From positions 214,717 through 278,716 of the forward strand of contig NZ_JAVJSE010000029.1 in the NCBI RefSeq assembly GCF_040219615.1: DNA of 64,000 bases, written 5' to 3'. Below the pieces are notes generated by a model. That model searched no databases and was not told the DNA's origin. It worked only from the letters and a program-made list of their open reading frames with translations. The position numbers and the translations under genes were made by a program. Source of the DNA: Thalassobaculum sp. GTDB taxonomy: Bacteria; Pseudomonadota; Alphaproteobacteria; Thalassobaculales; Thalassobaculaceae. Each line of letters starts with the position of its first letter. The stretch's first letter is position 1. Of this stretch, positions 10,867 through 20,225 are shown in pieces.

Positions 10867-11319
10867 TCAGGCCGACTTCTTGCGGCGCCCGGCCGGCTTG
10901 GCGGAAACCTTGCCGAGGCCGATCTTCTTGGCGAACTCCGAACGCTGCTTGGCGTAGTTCGGCGCGACCATCGGATAGCTGGCCGGCAGCCCCCACTTCG
11001 CCCGGTACTCTTCCGGGGTCATGTCGTAGGTCGTCCGCAGATGGCGCTTCAGCATCTTCAGCTGCTTGCCGTCCTCGAGGCAGACGATGAATTCCGGCGT
11101 CACCGACTTCTTGATCGGCACCGCCGGCTTCAGCGGCTCCGGCTCCGGCTCGTGGGAACCGTCCGACAGCCCCTTCAATGCATCGTGGACCGTGCTGATG
11201 ACTTCGGAAATCTGTGTCGCGGGAACGCTGTTGTTCCCGAGATACGCGGCGACCACCTCGGTGGTCATCTTCAGAAGGTCGGACGACCCGGCGTTGTCTC
11301 GTGATGCTTCGTCAGTCAT
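10867..11319 (-). CDS. mucR: Ros/MucR family transcriptional regulator, non-canonical zinc-ligand set
   Basis: VCLEDGKQLKMLKRHLRTTYDMTPEEYRAKWGLPASYPMVAPNYA aligns with the Ros core [31 protein letters not shown]. Confidence 0.9.
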   Translation of the reverse strand: MTDEASRDNAGSSDLLKMTTEVVAAYLGNNSVPATQISEVISTVHDALKGLSDGSHEPEPEPLKPAVPIKKSVTPEFIVCLEDGKQLKMLKRHLRTTYDMTPEEYRAKWGLPASYPMVAPNYAKQRSEFAKKIGLGKVSAKPAGRRKKSA

Positions 11320-11560
11320 TTTCTAGTCCCAAGTTTACGATGTCATTCAACCCCCATGCGGTCAAAATTGGCTGGCGTTCGTCAGTTGTCAAGACACTTT
11401 GATTACTAATCACTTTGAAAATTCACTCTTCAAGACCGAACACCTGAAGATAAATCTGTCATCCGCGTCACACATAAGACAAATCCGGCAAAATCACATC
11501 CAGGGATCACGGGGTCGGCTCGAGCGATGCAGGGTGGAACAATAAAGCATTTGAACGAAC
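11320..11560. promoter_or_regulatory. AT-rich leader/promoter region of mucR, shared with divergent ade
   Basis: Lowest-GC stretch in the window. Direct repeats CACTTTGA (11395-11402, 11411-18) and CACTCTTCA (11424-32). Confidence 0.4.
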
Positions 11561-11708
11561 TTCATGGTTGCCGAGCGGCGAGTCCCGCGTCGACGTCGGT
11601 AGCACACATTCGATTCGGCTTGTCACTGCCGCGTTCGGTTTGGCCGACTCCGTACGCGAGGACTAGAATGGCGTTGGCAAGCGAACCGGGTGAGCGAGGA
11701 CCTTCGGC

Positions 11709-13412
11709 ATGACGATCGACACGCTGGCGCGAGCCATCGACCAGGGCCGTGGTCTGGCCGCCGCCGACCTTGTCCTCAAGGGCGCGCGGGCCTTCGACCT
11801 GGTCACGGGCGAACTGGTGGCGACCGACGTGGCGATCGCCGGCGACCGGATCGTCGGCACCTGCGGCGAATACCGCGGTGCCCGCGAGATCGACGCCCGC
11901 GGCAAAGTGGTCGTTCCCGGCTTCATCGACACCCACCTGCACATCGAGTCCTCGCTGCTGACCCCGCACGAGTTCGACCGCTGCGTCCTCGGCTACGGCG
12001 TGACCACCGCGATCTGCGACCCGCACGAGATCTCCAACGTCCTGGGCGCCGACGGCATCCGGTACTTCCTGGAGTCCGCCCAGGAGCTGGTGATGGACGT
12101 GCGCGTGCAGCTCTCGAGCTGCGTGCCGGCGACCCATCTCGAGACCTCCGGCGCCCGCCTGGAGGCCGGCGACCTGACCCCGTTCATGGACCACGCCAAG
12201 GTCATCGGCCTCGCCGAGTTCATGAACTTCCCCGGCGTGCTGGCCAAGGATCCCGGATGCCTCGCCAAGCTCGACGCCTTCGCCGGCCGCCATATCGACG
12301 GCCACGCCCCGCTGCTGCGTGGCATGGACCTGAACGGCTATCTCGCCGCGGGCATCCGCACCGACCACGAGATCACCAGCGCCGACGAAGCTCTGGAGAA
12401 GCTGCGCAAGGGCATGCATGTGCTGATCCGCGAGGGCTCGGTCTCCAAGGACCTGCACGCCCTGCTGCCGATCATCACCGAGCGCCACTCGCCGTTCATC
12501 GCGCTGTGCACCGACGACCGCAACCCGCTCGACATCGCCGAGGAAGGCCACCTCGACTTCATGATCCGCACCGCGATCGCCGGCGGGGCGCCGCCGCTGG
12601 CCGCCTACCGGGCCGCCAGCATCTCGGCCGCCCGGGCCTTCGGCTTGGCCGACCGCGGGCTGGTGGCGCCCGGCTGGCGCGCCGACCTGGCGATCCTGGA
12701 CGACCTGGAAAGCTGCCGGGTCTCGACCGTGATCGCCGGCGGACGCCCGGTGGAGCAGCCGCTGTTCGACGCCCGCCGGCCGGTGGCGCCGGTCGGCCTG
12801 ACCAGCGTCAAGGCGCGCCGCGTCACGGCCGCCGACCTCGTCGCCCACGGTGCCGGTCCCTCGACCCCGGTGATCGGCGTGGTGCCCGGCCGCATCATCA
12901 CCGAGTACCGCCACGCCACCCTGCCCTACCGTGACGGCGCACGGCACGCCGACACCGGCCAGGACGTGGTGAAGGTCGCGGTGGTCGAGCGCCACGGCAG
13001 GAACGGCAACATCGGCGTCGGCTTCGTCCAGGGCTTCGGGCTGAAGCGCGGCGCCATCGCCTCGACCGTCGGCCACGACAGCCACAACATCTGCGTGGTC
13101 GGGGCCGACGACGAGGACATGGCGGTCGCGGTCAACCGCCTCGGCGAGATCGAGGGCGGCTTCGTGGTGGCGGCCGGCGGCAGGGTGCTGGCCGAGATCG
13201 CGCTGCCGGTCGCCGGGCTGATGAGCCTGCTGACCCACGAGCAGGTACGCGACGCGCTGATCCCGCTGCGCCGGGCCGCGAAGTCGCTGGGCACGACGCT
13301 GCAGGAGCCGTTCCTGCAGGTCGCCTTCCTGCCGCTGCCGGTGATCCCGCACCTGAAGATCACCGACCGCGGCCTGGTCGACGTCGACCGCTTCGAATTG
13401 ATCGCCGCCTGA
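11709..13412 (+). CDS. ade: Adenine deaminase
   Basis: 567 aa. [13 protein letters not shown] metal motif and overall Ade architecture. Confidence 0.9.
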   Translation: MTIDTLARAIDQGRGLAAADLVLKGARAFDLVTGELVATDVAIAGDRIVGTCGEYRGAREIDARGKVVVPGFIDTHLHIESSLLTPHEFDRCVLGYGVTTAICDPHEISNVLGADGIRYFLESAQELVMDVRVQLSSCVPATHLETSGARLEAGDLTPFMDHAKVIGLAEFMNFPGVLAKDPGCLAKLDAFAGRHIDGHAPLLRGMDLNGYLAAGIRTDHEITSADEALEKLRKGMHVLIREGSVSKDLHALLPIITERHSPFIALCTDDRNPLDIAEEGHLDFMIRTAIAGGAPPLAAYRAASISAARAFGLADRGLVAPGWRADLAILDDLESCRVSTVIAGGRPVEQPLFDARRPVAPVGLTSVKARRVTAADLVAHGAGPSTPVIGVVPGRIITEYRHATLPYRDGARHADTGQDVVKVAVVERHGRNGNIGVGFVQGFGLKRGAIASTVGHDSHNICVVGADDEDMAVAVNRLGEIEGGFVVAAGGRVLAEIALPVAGLMSLLTHEQVRDALIPLRRAAKSLGTTLQEPFLQVAFLPLPVIPHLKITDRGLVDVDRFELIAA

Positions 13413-13419
13413 CGGGATG

Positions 13420-13583
13420 GCCCGTCGCGCCGTGGTTTCCGGCTCCGTGCCACCTTCGGCCGCCCGGTCCGGAATGACGACAGCGTGGGAAGATCACCGC
13501 CACGTCCTTTCCCGCTTTGTCGTCATTCCGGACGGACGCGCCGCCCTCGGCGCGGCCGAGCCGGAACCCACGAAGCGACGGGT
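13420..13583. repeat. Nested-palindromic intergenic element, copy a (P-type terminus at both ends)
   Basis: GCCCGTCGCGCCGTGGTTTCCGG...CCGGAATGACG...CGTCATTCCGG...CCGGAACCCACGAAGCGACGGGT. Starts 7 nt after the ade stop. Confidence 0.85.
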
Positions 13584-13752
13584 GGGCCACGGCGGCGGTC
13601 CCATCAATTGAGGACTTGATTTGCCGACCGGCCCGTATCATTGACGGGCCGTTCGACGGCGCGGGGGCGACCTCCGGTCGTCGGGTCGCCTATCCCGGCA
13701 ACCACCCCGCACCGCGACGGCGCCGCAGCACCGGCCGCGAGGGAGATCGTTG

Positions 13753-15192
13753 ATGACTGCTCCGTCCCACTGGCCCGTGCACGGCACCATCGACGGCCCG
13801 ATTGTGATGATCGGCTTCGGCTCCATCGGCAAGGGCACGCTGCCGCTGATCGAGCGGCATTTCCGCTTCGACCGCGACCGGCTGGTGGTGATAGACCCGA
13901 GCGACGCCGACCGCGCCATCCTGGACGATCGCGGCATCCGCTTCGTCCACGAGGCGGTCACCCGCGACAACTACCGCGAACTTCTGACCCCGCTGCTGAC
14001 CGCCGGCAGCGGCCAGGGCTTCTGCGTGAACCTGTCGGTCGATACCTCCTCGCTCGACCTGATGAAGCTCTGCCGCGAACTCGGCGTGCTCTACATCGAC
14101 ACCGTGGTCGAGCCCTGGCTCGGCTTCTACTTCGACGAGAGCGCCGGCCCGGAGGCCCGCTCGAACTACGCGCTGCGCGAGACCGTGCAGGCCGAGAAGG
14201 CCGCCAGCCCGGGCGGCACCACCGCGGTGTCCTGCTGCGGCGCCAACCCCGGCATGGTCTCCTGGTTCGTCAAGCAGGCGCTGCTCGACATCGCCCGCGA
14301 CACCGGTGTGCAGACCGACGTCCCGACCACGCGCGAGGGCTGGGGCCGGCTGATGCAATCGCTCGGCGTCAAGGGCGTGCACATCGCCGAGCGCGACACC
14401 CAGCGGGTCAAGACCCCGAAGCCGATGGACGTGTTCTGGAACACCTGGTCGGTCGAGGGCTTCCTGTCCGAGGGTTTCCAGCCGTCCGAGCTCGGCTTCG
14501 GGACCCATGAGAAGTGGATGCCGGAGAACGCCCGGCGCCACGCCACCGGCTGCCAGTCGGCGATCTATCTGCTGCAGCCCGGCGCCAACACCCGGGTGCG
14601 GACCTGGTGCCCGACCCCGGGCGCGCAGTACGGCTTCCTGGTGACCCACAACGAGTCGATCTCGATCGCCGACTACTTCACGGTCGGCGCGCCCGAGGCG
14701 CCGGAGTTCCGACCGACCTGCCACTACGCCTACCATCCGTGCAACGACGCGGTGCTGTCGCTGCACGAGCTGTTCGGCCGGGCCGGCGTGGTGCAGCCGG
14801 AGCTGCACGTGCTGAACGAGGACGAGATCGTCGACGGCATCGACGAGCTCGGCGTGCTGCTCTACGGCCACTCGAAGAACGCCTACTGGTACGGCTCGCA
14901 GCTGTCGATCGAGGAGACCCGCGAGCTGGTGCCGCTGCAGAACGCCACCGGCCTGCAGGTCACCTCGGCGGTGCTGGCCGGCATGGTGTGGGCGCTGGAG
15001 AACCGCGAGGCCGGCATCGTCGAGGCCGACGAGATGGACTTCGCGCGGTGTCTCGAGGTGCAGCGGCCCTATCTCGGGCCGGTCAAGGGCTACTACACCG
15101 ACTGGACGCCGCTGACCGACCGGCCCGGCCTGTTCCCCGAGGACCTTGACACCGCCGACCCCTGGCAGTTCCGCAACGTGCTGGTGCGCTGA
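13753..15192 (+). CDS. hss: Homospermidine synthase
   Basis: IDGPIVMIGFGSIGKGTLPLIERHF...GFCVNLSVDTSSLD...YIDTVVEPWLGFYFD closely matches the bacterial HSS I recall from Blastochloris. GGGAG RBS upstream. Confidence 0.9.
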   Translation: MTAPSHWPVHGTIDGPIVMIGFGSIGKGTLPLIERHFRFDRDRLVVIDPSDADRAILDDRGIRFVHEAVTRDNYRELLTPLLTAGSGQGFCVNLSVDTSSLDLMKLCRELGVLYIDTVVEPWLGFYFDESAGPEARSNYALRETVQAEKAASPGGTTAVSCCGANPGMVSWFVKQALLDIARDTGVQTDVPTTREGWGRLMQSLGVKGVHIAERDTQRVKTPKPMDVFWNTWSVEGFLSEGFQPSELGFGTHEKWMPENARRHATGCQSAIYLLQPGANTRVRTWCPTPGAQYGFLVTHNESISIADYFTVGAPEAPEFRPTCHYAYHPCNDAVLSLHELFGRAGVVQPELHVLNEDEIVDGIDELGVLLYGHSKNAYWYGSQLSIEETRELVPLQNATGLQVTSAVLAGMVWALENREAGIVEADEMDFARCLEVQRPYLGPVKGYYTDWTPLTDRPGLFPEDLDTADPWQFRNVLVR

Positions 15193-15234
15193 CGGCGACT
15201 GGCGACCGCCCCCGCCGTCCCCATATCCGACGGG

Positions 15235-16287
15235 ATGACCGACAGGCCGCCCGCTTCATCACTGGCCGGGACACCGGACCGCCGCACGCTGCTCGGCGCC
15301 CTGGCGGCCGGCTGTGCCGTAGCCGCCTTCCGCCCCGGCGCCGGCCGCGCGCAGCGTGCCGGCCTGGACACCGTGCGCCGGCGTGCCCGTGGCTTCGACC
15401 AGATGCGTGCCCTGGTGGTCGCCCGCGACGGCGAGATCCTGCTGGCCGAGGCGTTCCGCGGCCCCCCGGTCGACCGGCCGGTCAACGTCAAGTCGGTCTC
15501 CAAGACGATCGTGGCCAGCCTGGTCGGCGCCGCGATCGATCGCGGGGTACTGGACGGCGTCGACTCGACATTCGCTGCGGTCGCGCCGTCCCTGGTTCCC
15601 CCTGACGCCGACCCGCGGGTGCGCCGGATCACCATCGCCGACCTGCTCACCATGCAGGCCGGGCTCGAGCGCACCTCCGGGCCGAACTACGGGCGCTGGG
15701 TGCAGAGCTCGAACTGGGTGGCCCACGCCCTCAGCCGTCCGTTCGTCGCCGAGCCCGGCGACGGCATGCTGTACTCCACCGGCAGCTACCATCTGCTGGG
15801 CGCGGCGCTGGCGCGGGCGACCGGCCGCAGCCTGCTAGACCTGGCGCGCGACTGGCTCGGCGGTCCGCTCGGCATCGGGATCGCGCCCTGGACCCGCGAC
15901 CCGCAGGGCTTCTACATGGGCGGCAACAACATGGCGCTGTCGCCGCTGGCCATGGTCCGGTTCGGCGAGACGTGGCGCGCCGGCGGCGTGTGGAACGGCG
16001 CGCGGGTACTGAGCCGCGACTGGATCGAGGCGTCCTGGACACCGCGTACCACCTCGGTGTTCTCGGGCGACGACTACGGATACGGCTGGTTCCTGACCCG
16101 GGCCGGCGGCCACGACGTCGCTTACGCGCGCGGCTACGGCGGGCAGATGATCTACGTGGTGCCGGGCGCCGGGCTGACGGTGGCCGTGACCTCCGATTCC
16201 ACGCAGTCGGCGCGATCCGAGGGCTATGCCGGCGATCTCAAGGCGATGCTGGCCGAGGACATCATCCCGGCGCTGGCAGCCGCCTGA
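15235..16287 (+). CDS. Serine hydrolase (beta-lactamase family), Tat/Sec-exported
   Basis: RRTLLGALAAGCAV signal region and an S-x-x-K motif (SVSKT). Confidence 0.75.
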   Translation: MTDRPPASSLAGTPDRRTLLGALAAGCAVAAFRPGAGRAQRAGLDTVRRRARGFDQMRALVVARDGEILLAEAFRGPPVDRPVNVKSVSKTIVASLVGAAIDRGVLDGVDSTFAAVAPSLVPPDADPRVRRITIADLLTMQAGLERTSGPNYGRWVQSSNWVAHALSRPFVAEPGDGMLYSTGSYHLLGAALARATGRSLLDLARDWLGGPLGIGIAPWTRDPQGFYMGGNNMALSPLAMVRFGETWRAGGVWNGARVLSRDWIEASWTPRTTSVFSGDDYGYGWFLTRAGGHDVAYARGYGGQMIYVVPGAGLTVAVTSDSTQSARSEGYAGDLKAMLAEDIIPALAAA

Positions 16288-16304
16288 TACCCGGAGGAGG
16301 CGCC

Positions 16305-17111
16305 TCAGTCGGCGCCCTCGGTGTCGAGGTGGACGATGTTCCCGCAGTGCTTGCAGTGCACGGCGTCCGCCTCGTGGCGGTTGAGGCCGCAATGCTCGCA
16401 CTCGTGGCGGACCTTCGCCGGGCGGAACAGCACCTGCGCCAGCCGCAGGAACAGGGTCACCCCGAATATCATGATCACGACGGCGAGGAGATGGCCGCCG
16501 GTACCCTCGAGCGTGATGTCGCCGAAGCCGGTCGTCGTCAACGCGGCGACCGTGAAGTAGAGCGCGTCGACGTAGTTGTTGATCTCGTCGTTGTGCGAGA
16601 CCTGGGACTCGTAGACCAGGGCGGTGGTGACGAACATGAAGACGCCCAGATGCATGATCGCCATCAGCAGGTCCTCGTGGCGGCGGAACACCGGCAGGTC
16701 CGCGCGCAGCCGCCGCAGCATCTGGTAGGCGTGCAGCAGCCGCACGGTCCGGAGCACCCGCAGGAAACCCGCCGCCCCGCCCAGCACCGGCGCCAGGAAC
16801 GACACGATGGCCGCCAGCTCCGCCAGCGCGATCGGGCTGGCCAGCATGGCGAACGGCCGGCGAACGATCCACAGCCGGGCCAGCAGGTCGGCGAGAAACA
16901 CGACCCCCAGCACCGGGTCGACGACCCGCGTCAGCCCGTCGGCCTCCAGGAAGGAGGTCCCGACGATGTACAGCAGCGTCGCGAGATCGAGCGCCAGCAC
17001 GCCGTAGCGGAACGCCTGGGCCCGCCGGCCGCCGCCTTCGTACAGCTCCCGGACGGCCTGCCGCGCCGCCCCGACCCTGCCGGCTCCCGCGCGCTCGTCC
17101 TTCTTGACCAT
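16305..17111 (-). CDS. Voltage-sensor-type potassium channel with C-terminal Cys4 zinc ribbon
   Basis: Selectivity filter TTTGFGD. S4-like LRVLRTVRLLHAYQMLRRLR. Tail CEHCG...HCKHCG. Confidence 0.8.
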   Translation of the reverse strand: MVKKDERAGAGRVGAARQAVRELYEGGGRRAQAFRYGVLALDLATLLYIVGTSFLEADGLTRVVDPVLGVVFLADLLARLWIVRRPFAMLASPIALAELAAIVSFLAPVLGGAAGFLRVLRTVRLLHAYQMLRRLRADLPVFRRHEDLLMAIMHLGVFMFVTTALVYESQVSHNDEINNYVDALYFTVAALTTTGFGDITLEGTGGHLLAVVIMIFGVTLFLRLAQVLFRPAKVRHECEHCGLNRHEADAVHCKHCGNIVHLDTEGAD

Positions 17112-17224
17112 GGCCCCGCCCCGGCTGTCGTCGTCCCGATGCCAACCCGTCCGGGGTCGACACGTTCCGCCCGTCTCGGGCTACCGTAGCGTCCCACCGC
17201 CGCCACCGCCACGAGGCCCGACCG

Positions 17225-18151
17225 ATGCCCGCCGACCCGAACCAGCGCTCGACCCACGACGCCGAGGACGACCCGCGCAACGCCGACCTGATGCTGTACG
17301 TCGACGGCAGCATCGTGCACCGCAGCCAGGCGGTGGTGTCGGTCTACGACGCCGGCTTCATGCTGGGCGACGGGGTGTGGGAGGGGCTGCGCCTGTACAA
17401 CGGCCGATGGGCGTTCCTGGGGGAGCACCTGGACCGGCTGTTCGAGGCCGCCAAGGCGATCGACCTGGACATCGGCAAGTCCGCGGCCGAGCTGAAGGAC
17501 GCCCTCGACGCCACCGCCGCCGCCAACGCCATGCGCGACAACGCCCATGCCCGGCTGATGGTGACCCGCGGCGTCAAGGCCAAGCCGTTCCAGGATCCGC
17601 GGCTGTCGCGTACCGGGCCGACCGTCGTGATCATCATGGAGCACTCGGCGCCCAGCGCCGACACCGCCGACCGGGGCCTGCGCCTGCACACCGTGCCGAT
17701 CGTGCGCGGCCTGCCGGTCACCCAGGACCCGAAGCTCAACTCGCATTCCAAGCTGAACTGCATCCTGGCCGGCATCCACGCCATCAAGGCCGGCGCCGAC
17801 GAGGCGCTGATGCTGGACCCGCACGGCTTCGTCAACACCACCAACTCCTGCAATTTCTTCATCGTCCGCAGGGGCGAGGTGTGGACCTCGACCGGCGACT
17901 ACTGCATGAACGGCATCACCCGCAGGAAGGTGATCGAGGTCTGCCGCGCCGACGGCATCCCGGCCTTCGAGCGCAACTTCTCGCTGGTCGACACCTACGG
18001 CGCCGACGAGGCCTTCATCACCGGCACCTTCGGCGGCCAGACCCGGGTGGCGGAGATCGACGGCCGCGCCATCGGCGACGGCGCCCCGGGCCCGGTCACC
18101 CGGCGGATCCGGGGGCTGTACAAGGCGCTGGTGGCACGCGACACGGCGTAG
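17225..18151 (+). CDS. Class IV aminotransferase (branched-chain / D-amino-acid aminotransferase family)
   Basis: 308 aa. The VSVYDAGFMLGDGVWEGLR...EHLDRL pattern is typical of fold type IV PLP enzymes. Confidence 0.8.
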   Translation: MPADPNQRSTHDAEDDPRNADLMLYVDGSIVHRSQAVVSVYDAGFMLGDGVWEGLRLYNGRWAFLGEHLDRLFEAAKAIDLDIGKSAAELKDALDATAAANAMRDNAHARLMVTRGVKAKPFQDPRLSRTGPTVVIIMEHSAPSADTADRGLRLHTVPIVRGLPVTQDPKLNSHSKLNCILAGIHAIKAGADEALMLDPHGFVNTTNSCNFFIVRRGEVWTSTGDYCMNGITRRKVIEVCRADGIPAFERNFSLVDTYGADEAFITGTFGGQTRVAEIDGRAIGDGAPGPVTRRIRGLYKALVARDTA

Positions 18152-18180
18152 GGCAACCGGTTTCCCGGCGCGCTTGCGAC

Positions 18181-18312
18181 GCCCGTCACCCCGTGGGTTC
18201 CGACTCGATCGCGCCACGGCGGCGCGCCCGTCCGGAATGACGAAGGGGAGGAGCCGCGTCGCTCCCCACTTCCTTTCGTCATTCCGGAGCAGGCCGCCAC
18301 AGGCGGCAGGCA
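18181..18312 (+). repeat. Nested-palindromic element, left part (P terminus plus core), copy b
   Basis: P terminus GCCCGTCACCCCGTGGGTTCCG. The core 18227-18312 is identical to 19098-19183. The right terminus is missing here. Confidence 0.85.
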
Positions 18313-18313
18313 C

Positions 18314-19069
18314 TCAATCCTGGGCTCGTCTCGCCACGAAATACCCGTAGCTGTAATACGCGGAGAAGCGTTCGTAGAGGGCGATCTCGCCTTTCTCCGC
18401 CTCGACGATCGCCTGCGCAGCTTCGGAGTGACCGTGGCGCGAGAGGAAGCGGGAAAACCTCGCCTGCATCGGACGGTAGTAGTTCTGCAACCAGCATCGC
18501 TCCGACAGCGCGAAGTATCCGATGGGCGCGTAACCGTTCGCCTCCAGATCGGCCATCTTGGCCGACGCCGTGGCGACCCCGGCGTATTCACGCAGCCAGT
18601 GCCGCTCGAGTTCGGCGGGCCGGTCGCGCGTGAGCCAGGTGAGATCGGAGACCGCCAGTACGCCCCCGGGTTTCAGGAAGCGTCTCCACGCCCTGATCCC
18701 GTGCTGGAAGCCCATGTTGTAGATCGCGCCTTCGGACCAGATCGCATCGAAGGATCGATCTTCGAACGGAAGCGCATCCATCGAGGCGGCGAGCGTCGCG
18801 ACCCGTTCGCCGAGATTCCGCCGTTCCGCCGCAGTGTCGAGCCGTCCGAGGAAACTCGGCAGGAGATCGACGCCGCTGACCTGCGCATCGAGCTCTTCAG
18901 CAAGAACCAGCGTCGACGCGCCGGTTCCGCAACCGATGTCGGCGATCTTCAGGCCCTTTAGCGTCCTCAGGCCCGAGAGCGTCACGGCGAGGCGTGTCTC
19001 TTCGTCCCCGCCGGGCCCCTGACGTTCGGCATCCCGATGCAGGTCGATGAGAAGGTCGAGGTCGTTCAT
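18314..19069 (-). CDS. Class I SAM-dependent methyltransferase
   Basis: Motif I LKIADIGCGTGAST. 251 aa starting at MNDLDLL. Visibly lower GC than its neighbours. Confidence 0.8.
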   Translation of the reverse strand: MNDLDLLIDLHRDAERQGPGGDEETRLAVTLSGLRTLKGLKIADIGCGTGASTLVLAEELDAQVSGVDLLPSFLGRLDTAAERRNLGERVATLAASMDALPFEDRSFDAIWSEGAIYNMGFQHGIRAWRRFLKPGGVLAVSDLTWLTRDRPAELERHWLREYAGVATASAKMADLEANGYAPIGYFALSERCWLQNYYRPMQARFSRFLSRHGHSEAAQAIVEAEKGEIALYERFSAYYSYGYFVARRAQD

Positions 19070-19097
19070 GTGCCTGCTCCGTTGCGCATGCCTGGTC

Positions 19098-19203
19098 CCC
19101 GTCCGGAATGACGAAGGGGAGGAGCCGCGTCGCTCCCCACTTCCTTTCGTCATTCCGGAGCAGGCCGCCACAGGCGGCAGGCATCCGGAACCCACCCGCC
19201 GCC
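19098..19203 (+). repeat. Nested-palindromic element, right part (duplicated core plus Q terminus), copy c
   Basis: The 86-bp core repeat is followed by TCCGGAACCCACCCGCCGCC, the right terminus that copy b lacks. Confidence 0.85.
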
Positions 19204-19221
19204 GAGACGTCGGACGCCCCC

Positions 19222-20130
19222 TCACGCCTCCACCCCCGACAGCAGCCAGTCGCGGACCCGCCGTGCATTCTCCCCGATCTCGCGACCGGCCGGCCAGACC
19301 ACGTGGAAGGCCCGGCCGGTGCGCAGCACGTGGTCGCTGGGATATTCCAGCAGGCCGTCGGCGACCATCCGGTCGGTCACGTAGCGCCAGCCGAGCGCGA
19401 TGCCCTGGCCGCCCAGCACCGCCTGCACGACCAGCACGTAGTCGTTGATCAGCAGGCCCTTGGCGCGCGACGGCGGCGGCAGGCCGAGGTCGGCGAACCA
19501 GTCCTCCCAGGTGGCGCGCGGCCGGAACGGCTCCTCCAGGTGGATCAGCCGGTGCCCGGCGATGTCGGCGGCCATGGCCGGGCGGCCGTACTGCTCGATA
19601 TAGGCCGGGGCGACGATCGGCGTGATCGCCTCCTCGATCAGCACCGCCGACTCGCAGCCGGGCCAGGACCGCGCCCTGCCGAGCCGGATGCCGAGCGGCA
19701 GCCCCTCGCTGGTGAGGTCGAGATCGCGGTCCGAGGTCTGGATGCGCAGGTCGATGTCGGGCAGGTCGGCGCGGAACCGGGCGAGCCGCGGCAGCATCCA
19801 GAAGCTGGCGAAGGTGGTGGACGCCGACAGGGTGACGTGGCGGTCGGGCCGGGCGGCGGTCAGGTCCTCCGCCGCCTTGCGGATATGCGTCAGGCCGAGC
19901 GCCACGTCCGGGTGGAACCGCCGGCCGGCCTCGGTCAGCTCGACCGAGCGGTGCCGGCGCCGGAACAGCGGCGTGCCCAGCTCGTCCTCCATCTTGCGGA
20001 TCGCGAAACTGACCGCCGCCTGGCTGATGCCGAGCTCTTCCGCCGCCCGGGTGAAACTGCCCAGCCTTCCCGCCGCCTCGAACACGATCAGGGCATTCGC
20101 CGACGGCAGCAGGGAGCGCAGGGTTGCCAT
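19222..20130 (-). CDS. LysR family transcriptional regulator
   Basis: N-terminal wHTH FTRAAEELGISQAAVSFAIRKMEDELG. Divergent from the MttB-family gene. Confidence 0.9.
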   Translation of the reverse strand: MATLRSLLPSANALIVFEAAGRLGSFTRAAEELGISQAAVSFAIRKMEDELGTPLFRRRHRSVELTEAGRRFHPDVALGLTHIRKAAEDLTAARPDRHVTLSASTTFASFWMLPRLARFRADLPDIDLRIQTSDRDLDLTSEGLPLGIRLGRARSWPGCESAVLIEEAITPIVAPAYIEQYGRPAMAADIAGHRLIHLEEPFRPRATWEDWFADLGLPPPSRAKGLLINDYVLVVQAVLGGQGIALGWRYVTDRMVADGLLEYPSDHVLRTGRAFHVVWPAGREIGENARRVRDWLLSGVEA

Positions 20131-20143
20131 AAGCGGAGATTAT
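20129..20143. promoter_or_regulatory. Candidate LysR box (ATAA-N7-TTAT, T-N11-A type)
   Basis: ATAAGCGGAGATTAT lies in the divergent intergenic region and overlaps the LysR start codon. Confidence 0.3.
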
Positions 20144-20225
20144 CTGACGGGCCAGTATTTTCCATCGTCACAGCGACCCCCGGCGTCGCTTACGCTTTTC
20201 CCGAAGCCACCAGGGAGGGCTCGCC

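Noticed and set aside
11527-11712. 61-aa ORF and possible purine riboswitch in the leader of adenine deaminase
   Set aside because: The ORF has no RBS and a non-protein-like composition. I could not find the conserved purine-riboswitch junction motifs in 11560-11708.
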